Shown: positions 13,029 to 26,289, numbered from the stretch's first letter. The stretch: DNA of 64,000 nucleotides from Raillietiella orientalis (GCA_036172245.1 JAYWIR010000021.1:1860001-1924000), one strand, 5' to 3'. Numbers and translations are program-made. The notes: generated by a model from the sequence alone, not told the origin.

Positions 13029-14905
13029 ATGGGACTGATCGCGGTAAGTGCAGTTTGCTTTTCATTTCATTTCTTTTTTCATGTAGAAAAGAGGAAGGAC
13101 GAGGGTGTGCCGGGAAAGGGTGGCTCGTAGGAACGGGTGCATCTCCACATTAGTAACTGTGAGCTACTGTTGCTGTCGTAGGAGCAGCGCTGCAAGCGAA
13201 AGACCTCGCAGCTGACAAGGGGGGTCATGCAAGTGAACGCTGAAAGTCTTTTCTCCAAGAAGACCATTTGGTGTTTGAACCGTCCGTGCCTTTTTGTCGC
13301 CGCTTCAGTGGTTATCCTATCGGGAAGACAGGGGCAACTAATATTTTAATCAGACATGTTGGGAAAAGAGATTGCCACCTCGCCGCTCCACGAAACCGGG
13401 ATGACGCTGTTTGTTTGGGAAGTCCGGTCCCTTGCGATACTGCCCACGTTTTCGAAACCTCCTCCAGGGCATCTTCCGTTCTGGATCTCTTTTTCTATAG
13501 CCAGCGCATCTCCGTACCAGCAGCGGTGCCTTCTTTGGAGACGATCACAGAATCATCCCCAGCCTTCCCTATCGATCCCACCGAATTGCAAATGCGCATC
13601 TTTCAATGATGGTTTTCGCGTCCATCCGAAGGGGAATCGTTGGGCGCTTGTAACACCTCAAGAAAGTTTATGCGCGTCCACGGACACCCTGGTGCTGATT
13701 CTTGCCTAGCCCACCCAATCCGTGCGATACGGATGTCATGGGAACAAGAAGCATCCTCAGTCAGGATTTTGCCCTGGGCCATCAAGTCCGGAGCAAAATC
13801 TTCGATCGGACGAAGCTTTTGCGGGATGGACTGAACGCCATGTTGAAGATGACGCCATCCCCAACATGGCGTTCAGGAACCTCGGGACGTGTCGCTACGA
13901 AACCCATCCGTTCTCTTCTTCGTGAGCCCAGCGGCCCTGCGTGGAGGTGGGCGGAGGACGGCCAGGCGTTGCGCGTTTCCGTGGGCACATGTTCGGAAGA
14001 GCCAGTTCAGAGAGTCTGTCCGCTGAAGAGCAATCGACAAGAACACGCTACCGCACTTTGGCAGTTTCCTTGAACGTGCCTCGTCCGTCTCAAGAGTGCT
14101 GCTCTTCTTCAACCAGGTGCTCCGAGCGGCGGGACCGGCAAGCGCTGGTAAACCATGGGAACAGCCACTGCTCCGGATCTCATTCGATGCTGATTTGATT
14201 CCCGGAGCGTTTCTTCCGCTTCCAGAGATTCGCCTTTATCCTCGTGGCAGCTTCATGCTGCGTTCGCTCCCAGAGGTACTTCCCCCCATCCAGAGAAGGA
14301 TATCTCAGTCAGTACCTCCACTCTGTGGGAGCGCAACGACCGATCCTGGCACACTCCTGGAACGCATTCATCCCGAACCATCTGCCAGCCGATGAGCAGA
14401 AGCTGACGGAAGCGGTCGAGGGAAACGACAACGCGCTCTTCCTGGCCGCAGGTAACGAATCGCTCCAGTTGCGTCCACAGCTCGAGCGAAAGTTCCAGAA
14501 GGCGTTCCTCGATCGCAGTCAGCCAAGAGGCAGGTCGTGTCGGAGCCGGGTGACCTGCAGCAGTCCACGCCGATGGCGCCCGGAAGCGCCGAGAATCAGC
14601 CGGTGCACAAGCACGTGTTCGCGTACGTTTCCCCGGACGACGAGGAGCCGACCGTTATAAAAGTGATCCCGGAGCAGAAGAAGGAGAAGCACTACAAGAT
14701 CTTGTTCGTCAAACCGCCTCGGGCGCCTGTGCCCCGGCTGGAGCTGCCGGACCTGAGTGCGGGTCCCGACGTGCGCACCGTCGTGTACGTCCTCCAGCCC
14801 TCGTCCAAGGAAATAAAGGTCCCCGCTCTGACCTTCGCCCCGACGCCCAAGCCGCCGGCCCCGCGAGTCTTCTTCATCAAGTACAATGCTCGCAGCGGCC
14901 CCTGA
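13029..14905 (+). CDS. Tweedle-family (DUF243) cuticle protein, 3 coding exons: 13029-13043, 14226-14451, about 14523 (or 14499)-14905
   Basis: Exon 1 encodes MGLIA and ends at a GTAAGT donor. Exon 2 follows ttccag and encodes RFAFILVAASCCVRS, completing a signal peptide, and ends G|GTAACG. Exon 3 carries the four Tweedle blocks VHKHVFAY, KHYKILFVKPP, RTVVYVL and PRVFFIKY, then TGA. The second acceptor is ambiguous. Confidence 0.9.
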
Positions 14906-14981
14906 GGGGAAACCGGCCTTCCTCAGACAAGGCTTCAGCGGTAAGGATGGGGGGAGTCCCTCCTCCCGGGAACCGTCGCGA

Positions 14982-14987
14982 AATAAA
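14982..14987 (+). terminator. Polyadenylation signal of the Tweedle gene
   Basis: AATAAA about 77 nt after the stop codon. Confidence 0.65.
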
Positions 14988-15704
14988 CCTCTGCGGCCTT
15001 CCTGACTCCCTGTTCATTTGGCGCGACGGACGCCTCCGACAAAGGGACCGAGGTCCAGGAAGCAAAGATGGGGTCACTCCACATCGATCGCCACTGGCTT
15101 GGCGACACCTGCCGTGCAACATCTCGAGCCGTCCGTCCAGCATTTGAAGCCCAGAGGGGAGAACCAACCATCTGATGCGAATCACAAGAGCGCACGTGCG
15201 TCTCCGACCTGTAGTTGACCGAGGGACGGCGTTATCCTAGAAACGGAGGCTTCCTGCTCCTGAGATGCTCTTCAGCTTCCGCCCATCGTTGTTCCCGAGC
15301 GCGCGAAGAGCTCCTCTCGGGCAGCGTGCAGGCAGGGGAACCAAGAAGACGCACCGCGAGGTCTTCTTGCTCTGACCTCGGAGGCTCGAAAGCGGGTGGC
15401 ACCGGTCGACTTCGCGACCCTTCTGAGTAATCGCCTTGGGAGGGTAGTCCGGCATGCCGTCCAGCTTGCTCCTCCTCGTCCCGTCCTCCTCCTGCCAAGA
15501 GAAGTCCTCCATGGGGACTCCTCGAGAGAGGATGCATCGGCGGCAGTGACCAGTCCGTCTCGCCTTCCGGCCAGGTTGTTTCTGCCGCTCAGGGTCACTC
15601 ATCCTCCGGGAGGGTTCCAAAATTGGGTGTCCGGTGGTCTCGAGGATTCCGAGAGGTGCGGACCGCCGAAGAGCAGTCTGAAGAGAGCTGCGGCTGCTCG
15701 CTTT

Positions 15705-16000
15705 AGCAGCCGCGTGGCTGCGGCCTCGGTGTACGCAGCACCACTAGGCGCCGAGGGTTCGGATCCCGCCCGGGGGCCGACCGGCACCGCGAGAGATGCG
15801 TGCGCCGTGGGTTTGAGTTCCCCCTGCGAGATGGTGCTGGTTGGCCTATACTCGGGTGCGGAAGCAGTCGGAAACCCCTGAATGCCTCCGTAGGCTGTTC
15901 GGGGTCGGAAGGAGTCGCCTTTCCGGGATCCTTCCAGGAATCAATGAGTTCCGGTTTCCCTCGGGATTCCTTCCCCTCCAGTTGTAGGAGGGATCTTCCA
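15705..16000 (+). mobile_element. tRNA-headed SINE-like repeat, copy A (5' part)
   Basis: GGGTTCGGATCCC B-box, a second GTGGGTTTGAG, and the shared family core GGTTGGCC...GGATCCTTCCAGGAA. Confidence 0.75.
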
Positions 16001-16004
16001 CCTT

Positions 16005-16605
16005 CGCCACGAGAGTCATTGGGGCTGCGGGCTTCGAATCCCCACGTGAAGGATCGACACCAGAAGAATGGGGGATGCGTCGTGGGTTTAAATTTCCTCC
16101 CCTCGCAGGATGACTCTGGTTGGTCTGAAGGCTCCGAATGCGGTGGCACTGGTGGAGGTCTTCGGATGCTCCCTGATGGCTGGTCGGAATTGGGAGTCGA
16201 CCCTCCGGGGTCCCTGAAGGGATAGAGGAGTCCCACGGGGTTTTTCTCCAGTTGTGGAAATGGATCCTTTCCATGGAGCTGGTCGGTGCCCCCCTCTGGG
16301 CATCGGCTGCGTCTCCAGAGCGTCAAGAAGCTCGCGCCGCTCTTTTCGGGGAGCGCCCTTCAGGGAAACGTGAAAGGAGTCCCTTCAGGGCTCTCTTTAG
16401 GGGAAGAAACGGAGCGGATCCCCTGCCAAGCGCGAGAGGAACGGACGCCTTCCTCCGGAGTCTTCCAGGATCACAGGGTGGTCCCTCCGGGATCACCAGC
16501 TGACTCGAGGAGTGTTGCGCCCTCGGGTGGAGCGGACAGCGTTCGAGAGTTCGCGAGCCCCCAATGAAGCTCTTCTTCAGTACTTGGCGCACCCCCGAAA
16601 AAAGG
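16005..16605 (+). mobile_element. SINE-like repeat, copy B
   Basis: GCGGGCTTCGAATCCC, GATGCGTCGTGGGTTT, GGAGTCGACCCTCCGGGGTCC, and tail GCGCCCTCGGGTGG...TTCTTCAGTACTT. Confidence 0.8.
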
Positions 16606-17344
16606 AGAGCTGCTTGGGTGTGGCTCTTCGAGACCCGGGGGTCTCCAAACGCGAGGGACGCCAGATGTGTGGGTTGGCGTGTGCATCTCTGTTCGGACGT
16701 GACGCCTGCTCACGGAGGAGGAGATGCTGCAGAGGAGATCGAGAAGCACCCAGGTCCATCCCAGCGAGGCGAGCGGTCACTCGTTTCCAGGAGACGTCCT
16801 CTGCCGAAGGAGGCCGAAGTCGCACCGGCCTCTCTTCTGGCCTTGCTGATTTGCCTTCGACGCGGCAGGGGTCTGCAGCCGCGGAGCGGCGCCGACCAAT
16901 AGGAGCGCTCGGGCTGCGTCTCACGTCGAATGGGAAGCCGACGTGCACCAACGTCCTCGCCAGGTTCGCGCCGTCTCCACGCTTCCCGTTGAGCGCAGCC
17001 ACGCGCATCCGTCACGAAGAAGAGCTCTGTCTCCTGCCGCGGCGTCGGGCGCGGCGCAAGGTCGCCCGTCCGGCGATGACGTCAGCGAGCTCGTCCGTGC
17101 GGTGACGCTCGCGAGGGAGGAGGCACCGCCGGTCCGACGTGGCCCCCGGAGCAGCAGCAGCTAACTGGCCAACTGACACCGGCACTCCCGTCGACCTGGA
17201 AAAAACGCTACTCCGCCGCAGCGTCCAGGAGAAAGCGGCGCTCCCGGCCGGGAACCCCCTTCCGGCGAAATTCGAGAAGCCCACGGTGGTGCGTTCGACC
17301 GGGGACGAAGGCTCGAAGGGCGAAGGCCATCGGCAAGGAAATGA

Positions 17345-17930
17345 GCCCGCGCTCCTTGTCTCTGGAGCGGTTCCATGCTACCGAGGGTGCGCACCACTCC
17401 TTGAGTCAGCGGGTGACCCCGGAGGGATCACCCTGTGAACCCAGGAAGGTTCCGTGGGAGGGAGTCCGTTCCTCTCACTCTTGGCAGAGGATCCGCGAGG
17501 AGGCCAACCGATCCGTTTCTTCCCCTGAAGAGAGTCCTCAAGGGACACCTCCCACGTCTCCCGGAATGGAGCGGCACTCTTCTCGGCACTCTGGATAGGC
17601 GACCCCCGAAGGGGTCCCAACCACCTCCACGGTACGAGATCGAGGGTCCACCCCAAGAGGGGGTAGACAACTGCATTTTCACAACCGGAAAAGGGAAACC
17701 CCGAAGGGCTCCTTGATGTTCTGGAAGGACTCCGGAAGGTCAACTTCCAAGGCCGGCCAGTCAACGGGTGCATCCAACTTTGACCAGTTCTGTCTGCACC
17801 CGGAGTCGATCAAGACCCACCAGCGCCTGTGGGGGGAATCGAAGTCCCCCGTTCTCGGGATTCGAACCCGCAGCGCTCGTCACCAAGCGCGGAGACCGCA
17901 GCAACAAGGCCGCCAACGCGCGCGATCCTT
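17345..17930 (-). mobile_element. SINE-like repeat, copy C
   Basis: Reverse complement reads GCGTTGGCGGCCTTGTTG...GCGGGTTCGAATCCC...GGAAGTTGACCTTCCGGAGTCCTTCCAG. The tail closely matches copy B. Confidence 0.8.
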
Positions 17931-18399
17931 GTCTTCGTCTGCTGCGGGAACCCGTGTGCCGCACTCGGTTTTCCCAGGGTCTCCAGGGAACAGTCCAAAG
18001 ACGAGTCCAATTGCAGCATCCGAGGACTAGCCCAGCACAGCTTCAGGCATCTTTCTCCTAATGACAGACTGACGGAACAGCAGCACCCGACGGAGACCTC
18101 CTCTGCACGACCCCAGGGACGGACAGCTTTTCGCTTTGCTTCTGGTGGGACGGTAGTGAGCGATGCCTGCTAACGGTGGGGGCCTGCAGGAGGGGCTCTC
18201 TAGCAGCCGTGGAGGACTCCGTGGAATGCACGCGGCCCGAGGAGTTTTCTTGAGAGGTCCCCGAGACACAACATGATGAAGAAGCACTTTCGTGGGCGGC
18301 TCGCTGAGATAAATCGGCCGCCTCAGGGGGTTTCAAAGTGAATAATAAAGATTTATCTTGAACGGCTTCCGGCCTACCGTTGCGTTGGGCAAGCCAACA

Positions 18400-20400
18400 G
18401 GTCAACCTATTTCAGTAAACAGACGAGAGGTCACTGAAGCAACAGGAAAACTTGAAGCAACGATGGGTGCCCTTGACCAGCAGCATTTCTTTCCTTGGTC
18501 CTCGAGAACTTCAGAAACTGCAATGAACTTACTCGCAAATTACAATGCAATCCACTAAACCACTGCAGTCCACTACCACTTGTCGCTGATCCAAATCCAC
18601 TACCTCAGAGATTCAAAAGCAAGTGGCGAAGATTCACCTTGGGCGACTTTCCGTCATGCAAAGCGACCTGCCGTCGCGCAGGATGTTACCATCGAGGAGG
18701 ACAGCAGTAAGTGGAAAGGGTCAGTCTTCGTGCTTGAAGGCACGCGCAAGAAGGTCCATCCCAATTCCTGCATTGGAATCAGCAGGGTCAAGGTCTGGCG
18801 AACCTCTTTCCGTTTCCGGGATTCCGTGAGCGGCATCTCGCATCTGCGTCGAGAGAACCCTCCCCAGATGTGCCACCTTTCCAATGGGAGGGCGATGAAT
18901 GGGTGCAGTGAGCACCGACAGCTTCCTCCTGCCGGGACTCCCTCCTTCGAACGAGCCAACGTGCGCTCAACTTGTTGCCGCTGCAGCTACGAAACCGCGT
19001 CGCGTGAAGAGGGGTTCACCACGATGCGAAGAGTTCAGAAGACCAGGGAAGCCCGCGGTCCGAAAGAAAGCCCGAAACTGCAACAGCGGTCATCCCCACA
19101 TCGTGAGCCACGCAAGCAGCGAGCGGATTGCCAAACGCCTCCAACGTGAGGAGACTCGGGAGGAGGACGCCAACCACCGACGGCTACCGAGTGCAATTTT
19201 AAAAAAGGTGATGGCCGGTGCGCATCCGGTGGGATTGGAAAGATGGAGACCCATTGGATGGATTCTGTATGGAAGAAGTGCGGAGACCCGCTTTTCCTTC
19301 TCCTTGCCATCCGATGGTGCCACAAATGCGGGTTGGCGGTTTCCGTTCGGGAGGCGGGGAGCTCTTCCCGGATTGGCCTCGAGCGATTCCCATCCAGGGT
19401 GCTGCGACGGAGAAAGAAGTGGCATTCAGGGGAGCGGAGCTGGAGGTCAGCTTGCGGATGAGGAACTTGGGATGCAGCTGGAGGAAAGAGCGGTCAGGTG
19501 GCTTTGCGGAAAGAGACATTGGAGTTTCGCGAGTTGCATCAAAAGCCATCGAGTCGCTCACGCCTGCGGCCGACCGAGTTTCCTTCGAGATGGAAGCCAT
19601 TCTCACCTGCATCTCCATTCCGTTGCTAGGCGGCTCGGTGGTTGGATTAGGTGCGGCAGCGTTTCCGGGGACGCCAAGAAGCGACGGACCCGTTTGCGGG
19701 GGCGAAAGGCGATCCGACGGCTGCAGCATCTCTGGTAGGAAGCGTCGCTCGTTCAACGGAACCGGACACGAGGCTGCGAGGTCCGCGGAGTTGATTCAGT
19801 CGCCCTGTTGCAGCATCCAGCGGAACTTGCAGAGCGGGAAAACGCGGTTGCCAACAGTCAGGTGGCTCTGCCGCCGTCGCCGAATCGGCATCGAGCGTGC
19901 AATGCGTGGACGAAGATGGGAGGCTCGGAGAGGCGGTTGGAGCCATTGCAGGCAAGATTTCCCACTCCGTCTGTTGGTGCAAGCAGAGACGTTGGCTCCC
20001 CTGCATTTGCAGCTCGAGTTTCTTGGTTCGGTGGAGCTGACCACCATCCACTGGGGGTCGCCTTCGGTTCGATCCTACCAAGTGAATTCCGCAACACCTG
20101 TGTTTGTGCAGAAGCTCAGCTCCTCCAAGCCTCCGTGCCATGGATGCGCCTCCGGTTTGGGATCGGCGCAACAGTTGCTTTCAAAGACGACCACTGCGTT
20201 GGCGACAGTGTGGCTGCGGTCTCATGCACGTGCTACCACCAGGCATCGAAGGTTCTAATCCCACCCGAGGAGAGGGATCGACCCTCAAGAAATGCAGCAC
20301 TGGTGAAAGCCGGTATCTTCCCAGGTGCCCTCTTTGGGTGGCTGATATTCAGAGCCAAGGCGCCCAAGGCGGAACTGCCTTCAGGACGCGTCCCTATTCA
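18400..20400 (+). mobile_element. Decayed BEL/Pao LTR retrotransposon gag-protease region
   Basis: Motifs appear in order: SGEDSPWATFRHA...LEG (DUF1759-like), LPSAILKK, the knuckle-like ERAVRWLCGKRH..SCIKSHRVAHAC...HSHLHLH, RLPTV...WEAR (protease region) and ALFGWLI (cf. TLFGWV). Heavily frameshifted. Confidence 0.6.
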
Positions 20401-20429
20401 GCCATGGTCGTAAACAACAATTAGGAAAA

Positions 20430-20660
20430 ATTGGAAGGACCCCAGAGAGTCACCTTCCAATTCCAACTAGCCAATACCCGGAGTCATCCGGGGGGTTTCC
20501 GACTTCCACGCCTGAAGCCCGTGGGCCAACCGGCGCCATCCCGCGGGGAAGATTCGAAACCCACGACGCATCCTCCGTTCTCAGCGTCAATGCTCCCCCG
20601 GGAAGGATTCCACCCTGCAACGCCTGGTGCCCCAGCCGCACGGCCGCCCACGAGGGCACA
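20430..20660 (-). mobile_element. SINE-like repeat, copy D (5' part)
   Basis: Reverse complement reads GGATGCGTCGTGGGTTTCGAATC...GGTTGGCCCACGGGCTTC...GGGTCCTTCCA. Confidence 0.75.
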
Positions 20661-23600
20661 AAGTGGGGTTGGCAGGGAGACCGGGAAGTCATGGCGGGCC
20701 AGTGGTTGTCAGGACAGTCCCTGGTTGGCTCAAGCGACAGCTCTCTGGAGCTTCAGGTGGCTGTTTGCCCCACTTGCTTGAGCCGGACGGGGAACCCAAA
20801 GCCTTGGGGCTGCCAAATTTGACACGATGCTGTTGTCTGTGCCACGTCTTTGCGCGCGGAGGAGGCTGGAGCAAATGGTTCTTCTCCCGCTGACCGTTAG
20901 CGCGGACCTGTCCACTCGGTCCAAGCGCTTTTATATTCCGATACCTCCTTTCCTCCATGGATTTCCGAGAACCCCCTTATAGTTGTTCCAAGGTAGGTGA
21001 AGCCTCGACTAAGGAAGGGGAGGAAAATGTGCAAGGACTGCAGCACTCCAGACCCACCCCTGCGTCCGCGTCCTGCTCGAGAACCTTCCTTGTCTCCTTT
21101 CCTCTTCCCGGATGGTGGCTCCAGGCTCAAGAAGTCGTTCCTCGCGGAGTGCTTCCCGGACCTCTCGGCCTACGAGTGGCTTCCCTGCAGCTTTTTTCCA
21201 AGAAATAGGAAGCTCCAGCCTTGGCAGCGTGGCTTCCCGTCCTCCTCTTTGTCGGGAACCTTTTCCTTCGCTTCGAGACCAGCAAGTTTCGAGAAATCCG
21301 AGGAGGCGCTCACCTCCCTCCCTCAGGAGAAGGATGGGAGCCGAAATCAGGGACTTCGAGAGAGCGCGCTGCTGCAAAATCTTCTGCCAAGGAAGGAAGG
21401 AAGCGGCGCTACGGAGGAAGAAATCCAAGAGGTCCGTCCTCACTCTTGTTCCCATTTTAGAAACACGAGCCCAGCTGACACATCGGTCTTGGCGGACGCT
21501 GAAAGACGCAAAAGTTTTGATCAGGCAGTTTCGAAGAAGCACGTTGGAGGTGCCTCGCTTGGAAGATAATAGAGCCGTTCGATGCTGCAAGAACGAAATG
21601 CAGCTGCAAACGCCGAAGAATGAAAAGGAAATTGCGCGCTCCATCTTGAGAGTTCTCGGCTTCCGCGGTGAAGAGAGTGGAGGTGGCGAAGCTGGAGGCG
21701 AGCCCTGATCCAGGATCATGGGCGCCGGCCCGACTCTCTCCCAATTAAAGAAGAAACGAAGTTTCCCACAGCAGCAGATCTTGAAGAGGAGAAGAATCTT
21801 TGCCGGCTCTTAAGTCGCCTTTCTTTTCCCAGGAAAATTAGCTTGCTTCCTTGCAGCATCCCTCTTTCTGCGGAACTCTTTGCAAATTCGTCTCATGATT
21901 CCTGCAGTCGCTGAAGTGCTTTCAGCTGCCGATGGAGGTACCCGCAAGAAGAACTACGGGAGATGGGGGGATACAAGCAGAGCTCCATGCTGATTTTGCG
22001 CCCATCATCCAACAGCAAGAAGTCAAGGTTTTCTCCACAATGATTCAAAAAGGAGAAGGAGGAAGAGGGAGAGAAGAAAAAGGAGTAGAAGAAGAAGAAG
22101 AAAAACATTTATTCCGACAAGGTTTGCTCTTGCTGCCGCAAGCGGAACCTTTTACTCCTTCACACCTCCACATTGGTGTTCCCATTTCAGATGGCCCCCC
22201 GTTTCGCACTTCCTTTTCCGAGACGTCAATCTGGGTTGTGGTTTTAATCTGGAGTCAAGGCATCTTCACGTATCACCCCACTTCACCTCGTCCTAATAAA
22301 TCTGCTTCTACCACGGACGCTCTCACGCGCCTTATCCAGTCCACTCGTTTCCGCGGATCGTCCATGCGCAAATTTCAACCACAGCTGCACCTTGGGAACT
22401 CTTCTCTGCGTGCTCGCGCAGAAGGGGGGGGGGGGGTTCGAGTGCGATTTCCTAAGCGTTCTTCGACATATATCCGGTCGACCAATTCCAATCGTGCATT
22501 CGTCCCTGTGGCTTTGCCATTTCTGCTCCGAAAGGGTACAGCTACCACGGATGCAACTGTAGATGAATTTGTGCGTGAGGACAAAGTGGACCGACACCAG
22601 TGGACTGGATGAGACCGCCTTTCAGGGCATCGGAACCGCCACCGTTGGAGTATGCACACTCCTTGGAGCTGCTGTGCGTTGCCCTTAGCTACCCACCTCG
22701 TTTACTGCGTTGGTGAAACCAACCTTTACTTGGCGTCGGGGAAGGATTTCGAATCTGTCTTTTGGTTTTCTAACGCTAAATTTTCGACTTTTAATGCTTT
22801 CAGCTGCTCGGAAATGTCAAGCCGGTGTTCCTTGGCAGAAATAGCTCTTGCCTGCAAACGTGTTCGAGTCCAAGACTCCAACACGTCCACCTCAGGTTCC
22901 GTGATGAAGAGAGCATCTTTCTGATGGATTCAATGCACGTTTTTGGATGGTATGAGGTTACCACCAATCAGTCGTTTTGGTGTAGTTGTAACACCGCATG
23001 GAGCTGCTGGTGCTTACATTGGAAAAAAAGAAAAGAAAAGAAAGGAAACCTGAATGTTCATGGGTCACTTTTGATTCCATTGCTTCAGACGCGACTCGTC
23101 CGAGGATGGAAAAAGAGGGGGAGAAAAAGACACAGCGAAGCATCTGGTTCTGTCGGAAACGTTACTTACGCGACCCATTCGGGTCGAGCAACTTTTGTTT
23201 GCTTGGCAAATACAATAAAATGCGGGCCTCAAACAGAAGAGCGTCGTCGCGCAGAGGACGGTACTCAGTGCAGGTTGAAAAATAGGTTGAGTGCTTTCGT
23301 TTTATTGCTGGTGGAAACCGGAAGAGTGGAGGGATCGCCGGCTGGGCTGTGGAAGATGCCGGCCAGGACGAAGCTCCCGCGGTAGCAACGGTTCTTCGGA
23401 CGCCTTTGAAACGGATCGACTCCGATGCTTTCTGTTTGTCTTGCAGCCACCTGGAATTGCTACATCTGAAGATGTTCCGCTTTACGACTGTGCAAAGGGA
23501 AATGATGTCTTCCATATTCATCATTCACAAAACGATGATGAAAGCAAACTCCCGCATTTTCAGAGATCTGTCAACTCAAGTGAGTCACAATTAGGAATGC

Positions 23601-26289
23601 ACACCGATGCGGTTCGTTCCGGAAGCTCTGCCCATTACGTCTGCGATAGGGAATGAGCGAGGGACTGCGAAGTTTCAGCGCATCCTTTCTGCCGCCCTTA
23701 TCCTTGAAATTTGTGCCCATTACGTTCCTTTTCTGGAAGAAATTTTCTTTTGGGAAACTTTCTGGACGATCACGGACGGCATGCATGGTCACTTACCATG
23801 AAGAGGAAGCAAGAAGATGGGAAAGTATCCAAGGGTTCCGGCGCGGAAGCACAGATTCCGAATTCCAACGTTTGATCCTCGGTCCAGGGGGAAAGGCGCT
23901 TCCTATTGTGGTTGTTTCGACCTCTTCCATCTATTTCCATAGAATGGTGCTGAGTGCTTGACGTGAGCGCTATTTGGCGAGCTAATCAGGTCAAAGAGTA
24001 ATTCTGCTATAAACTGTATGACCGGAAAAAAAAAAAGAAACAAAGCCTTTCAACACCAAATAAAGGTCTATTATTCCCATTTGTGAGTTCATGAAACATC
24101 CCTTCCGCTCTGCCAAGTGTTTTCGGAGTCCGTGCAGCAAACTTGGAATGAAAGAGATCTGTAAAAACCTTGAAAATGAATCGTCCGCAAATTCGAGCTG
24201 TTACAGTGACAGTGGCAATCATTCTCGGTACAATAAATCTTAGATTGATGCCTCCTCTGCCTAAAATCTTTGCTTAAACTCGTGGTGAATTACCAGATTG
24301 AGGTGTGGGCGCAGTGTCCAGCTTCTGAAAAACCTGAAAATTTTTTTTTTTCCTCCCTCACTGGGCAGTTCAGTTGCGACTTCCGAGAACAAGACCGAAG
24401 CTGCACCAGCATCCCACGAAGAAGGTGGATTCTTTGGTGAGAGAGCCTACTTGTGATGTCGTCGGTTCGAAAGTGGGCGCGATTCCTTCGGTAAGGAGGA
24501 CACAAAGTGAAGATGCACAGTGATGATGATGAAGAAGGATCGTCGACGCCGAAGAGAGATCACGGAAGACATGAAAGGAACGACGAAAGGAAGGGAGAGG
24601 ATTTCTGTCCCTCCACTGCTCCCTCACGTTCTCTTCCCACCTATCCTCATCCTCATTTCATTAATCGGCAACACGGAAATGGAAAGAATCCCAGCACCAG
24701 TTGAGCTGAAGTGGGCAAACCACGTGGACGAGCTTTTGTGCACTTCAGCGTACTCACTATCTCTCTTGCACGTAATCTTCCACGCCGAACGAGAAATGTG
24801 CCACAGGCTAGCAAACACCCTTTTGGAAGGTCACCAACGAAGGAGGTGCCATTCAGTTCTTCTGCGTTCAACACGCTGCTTTCCGTATAATGGAGACTTG
24901 CCCTCAGGATGCCCGCCGTCGCCTGAAAAGCTAGGGTGGAATCTCATCTCAGAAGCATAGAACAGGGAGAAGATCGCAGCTGCGTACGGCTGAACCACCG
25001 CTATAGTGTGGAACACGACCATAGCGAACACGGCTATTGCGGACACTGCTATTCGTGAGCACATTTGCAGGCATAAACTGGCAAAGGACGCTCCGAGGTG
25101 AAAAGAAAGGCAAGCAACCAAAACTATGTTGTTCGAGTAGCCAGCAGTAAAACTCTGCGTTCCTGCTCTGCCAAACCAGCAACTGGGGGACGTAAATCTA
25201 AAATTTCAGCAATCTCAAGATTCTAGACAGAGGAGAAGAAAACTATCGAGGAAAAAAAAAAAAAGAAAACCCAAGCAAACTCCTTCTATATATGGTAGAG
25301 AACCTAAGAAGACTTTTTGTTCGACTCTTCCTCGAGCACATGATGCAAAAAAACTTCAGCAAGCATCACCTATCTGTGGCTGCCAAACGGAAAGTCTGGT
25401 TGCACTTTGGCAAACCGCAGATAGGTGCTGCTGCTTGTTGATTTACAAGCAGCTTCGCGGGGACGTCATTTTGATATTCCCGAGTCGAGGTGAGGTAACT
25501 CCAAAGCCCTCCCATTAGGTGGTTGGACCACGGGCCAGCTCACGGTCGCTGCGACCCCAGGTGCCCCATCGAAAGGACTATTACGCTGGAGTGAGCTGTT
25601 ATGAAGAGCTCGAGTGGCCACAGCGCTGAAGAACACCCGCACCCTACCCTTAAAGTGGCAGGAGTCGGCGTTGATGCTGCTGCTCCACTGGGGCCTCCCG
25701 TGCAATGCCTGGCGGCGTCATTGGACACGGGGACGTGTGGACCTTCAAACTGTGTAAGGTGCGGGGAGCGGGAATTCTTCCTGCGCCTCTTAGTGGGCCT
25801 CCGACCCCTTCAGGGACGCTTTGCCCCGGAGGTAGCTCCAGAGATGTTTGATAGAGTCTCTTCCTGCGAGGCGCCCTCACGCCGGCAGGCCGCATTCTAA
25901 GCAGCACTTTGGTGCCTACGCGGCGGGACCGTGGCTGCACGGGGCAGCGCCAGAGGAGGCCGGAACGACAGGGACGCCATCCACTTTGCTGTCCTCTTCA
26001 TGAGGACAGCGTCAAGATGGCACATCTGGGAACCTTAAAACAGGAACTTGCCGGTATCCTTCCAAGGATGCAGAGGATGCCTTCCAGCACACAGTGATTC
26101 CTTCCCGAACCCCCCATTTTTTTGATTGCATGTTTTTTGTTTGTCTCTCCTTCCCTTGTGCTGCGGAGGCGAACCCCGCTGGCCTGCGTGCCAGATCCCG
26201 GCAGATTCCTTCTCGTAGCTGTAAGCAACGTGGCAGGATCAAACATCCTGCCACAGACGTGTGTGTTTCTTTTTTTATAAATAAACGTC

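Noticed and set aside
12990..13030. Hammerhead ribozyme cores (CTGATGA) here on the minus strand and at about 1690, 5929, 10886, 12252 and 47737
   Set aside because: I saw no convincing stem II followed by GAAA with closing stems on inspection by eye.
20950..21710. Possible hAT transposase remnant (WLPCSFF, ASRPASF, ADAERRKSF)
   Set aside because: Resemblance too weak to support without a profile search.
25000..25062. Degenerate ~15-bp tandem repeat, and a 15-bp duplication at about 62603-62632
   Set aside because: Short slippage-type repeats with no spacers. Not CRISPR-like, and the DNA is eukaryotic.
25740..25870. Gypsy RT-like FLRLLVGL...APEMFDRV
   Set aside because: Single weak motif, with no YxDD or flanking RT motifs found.
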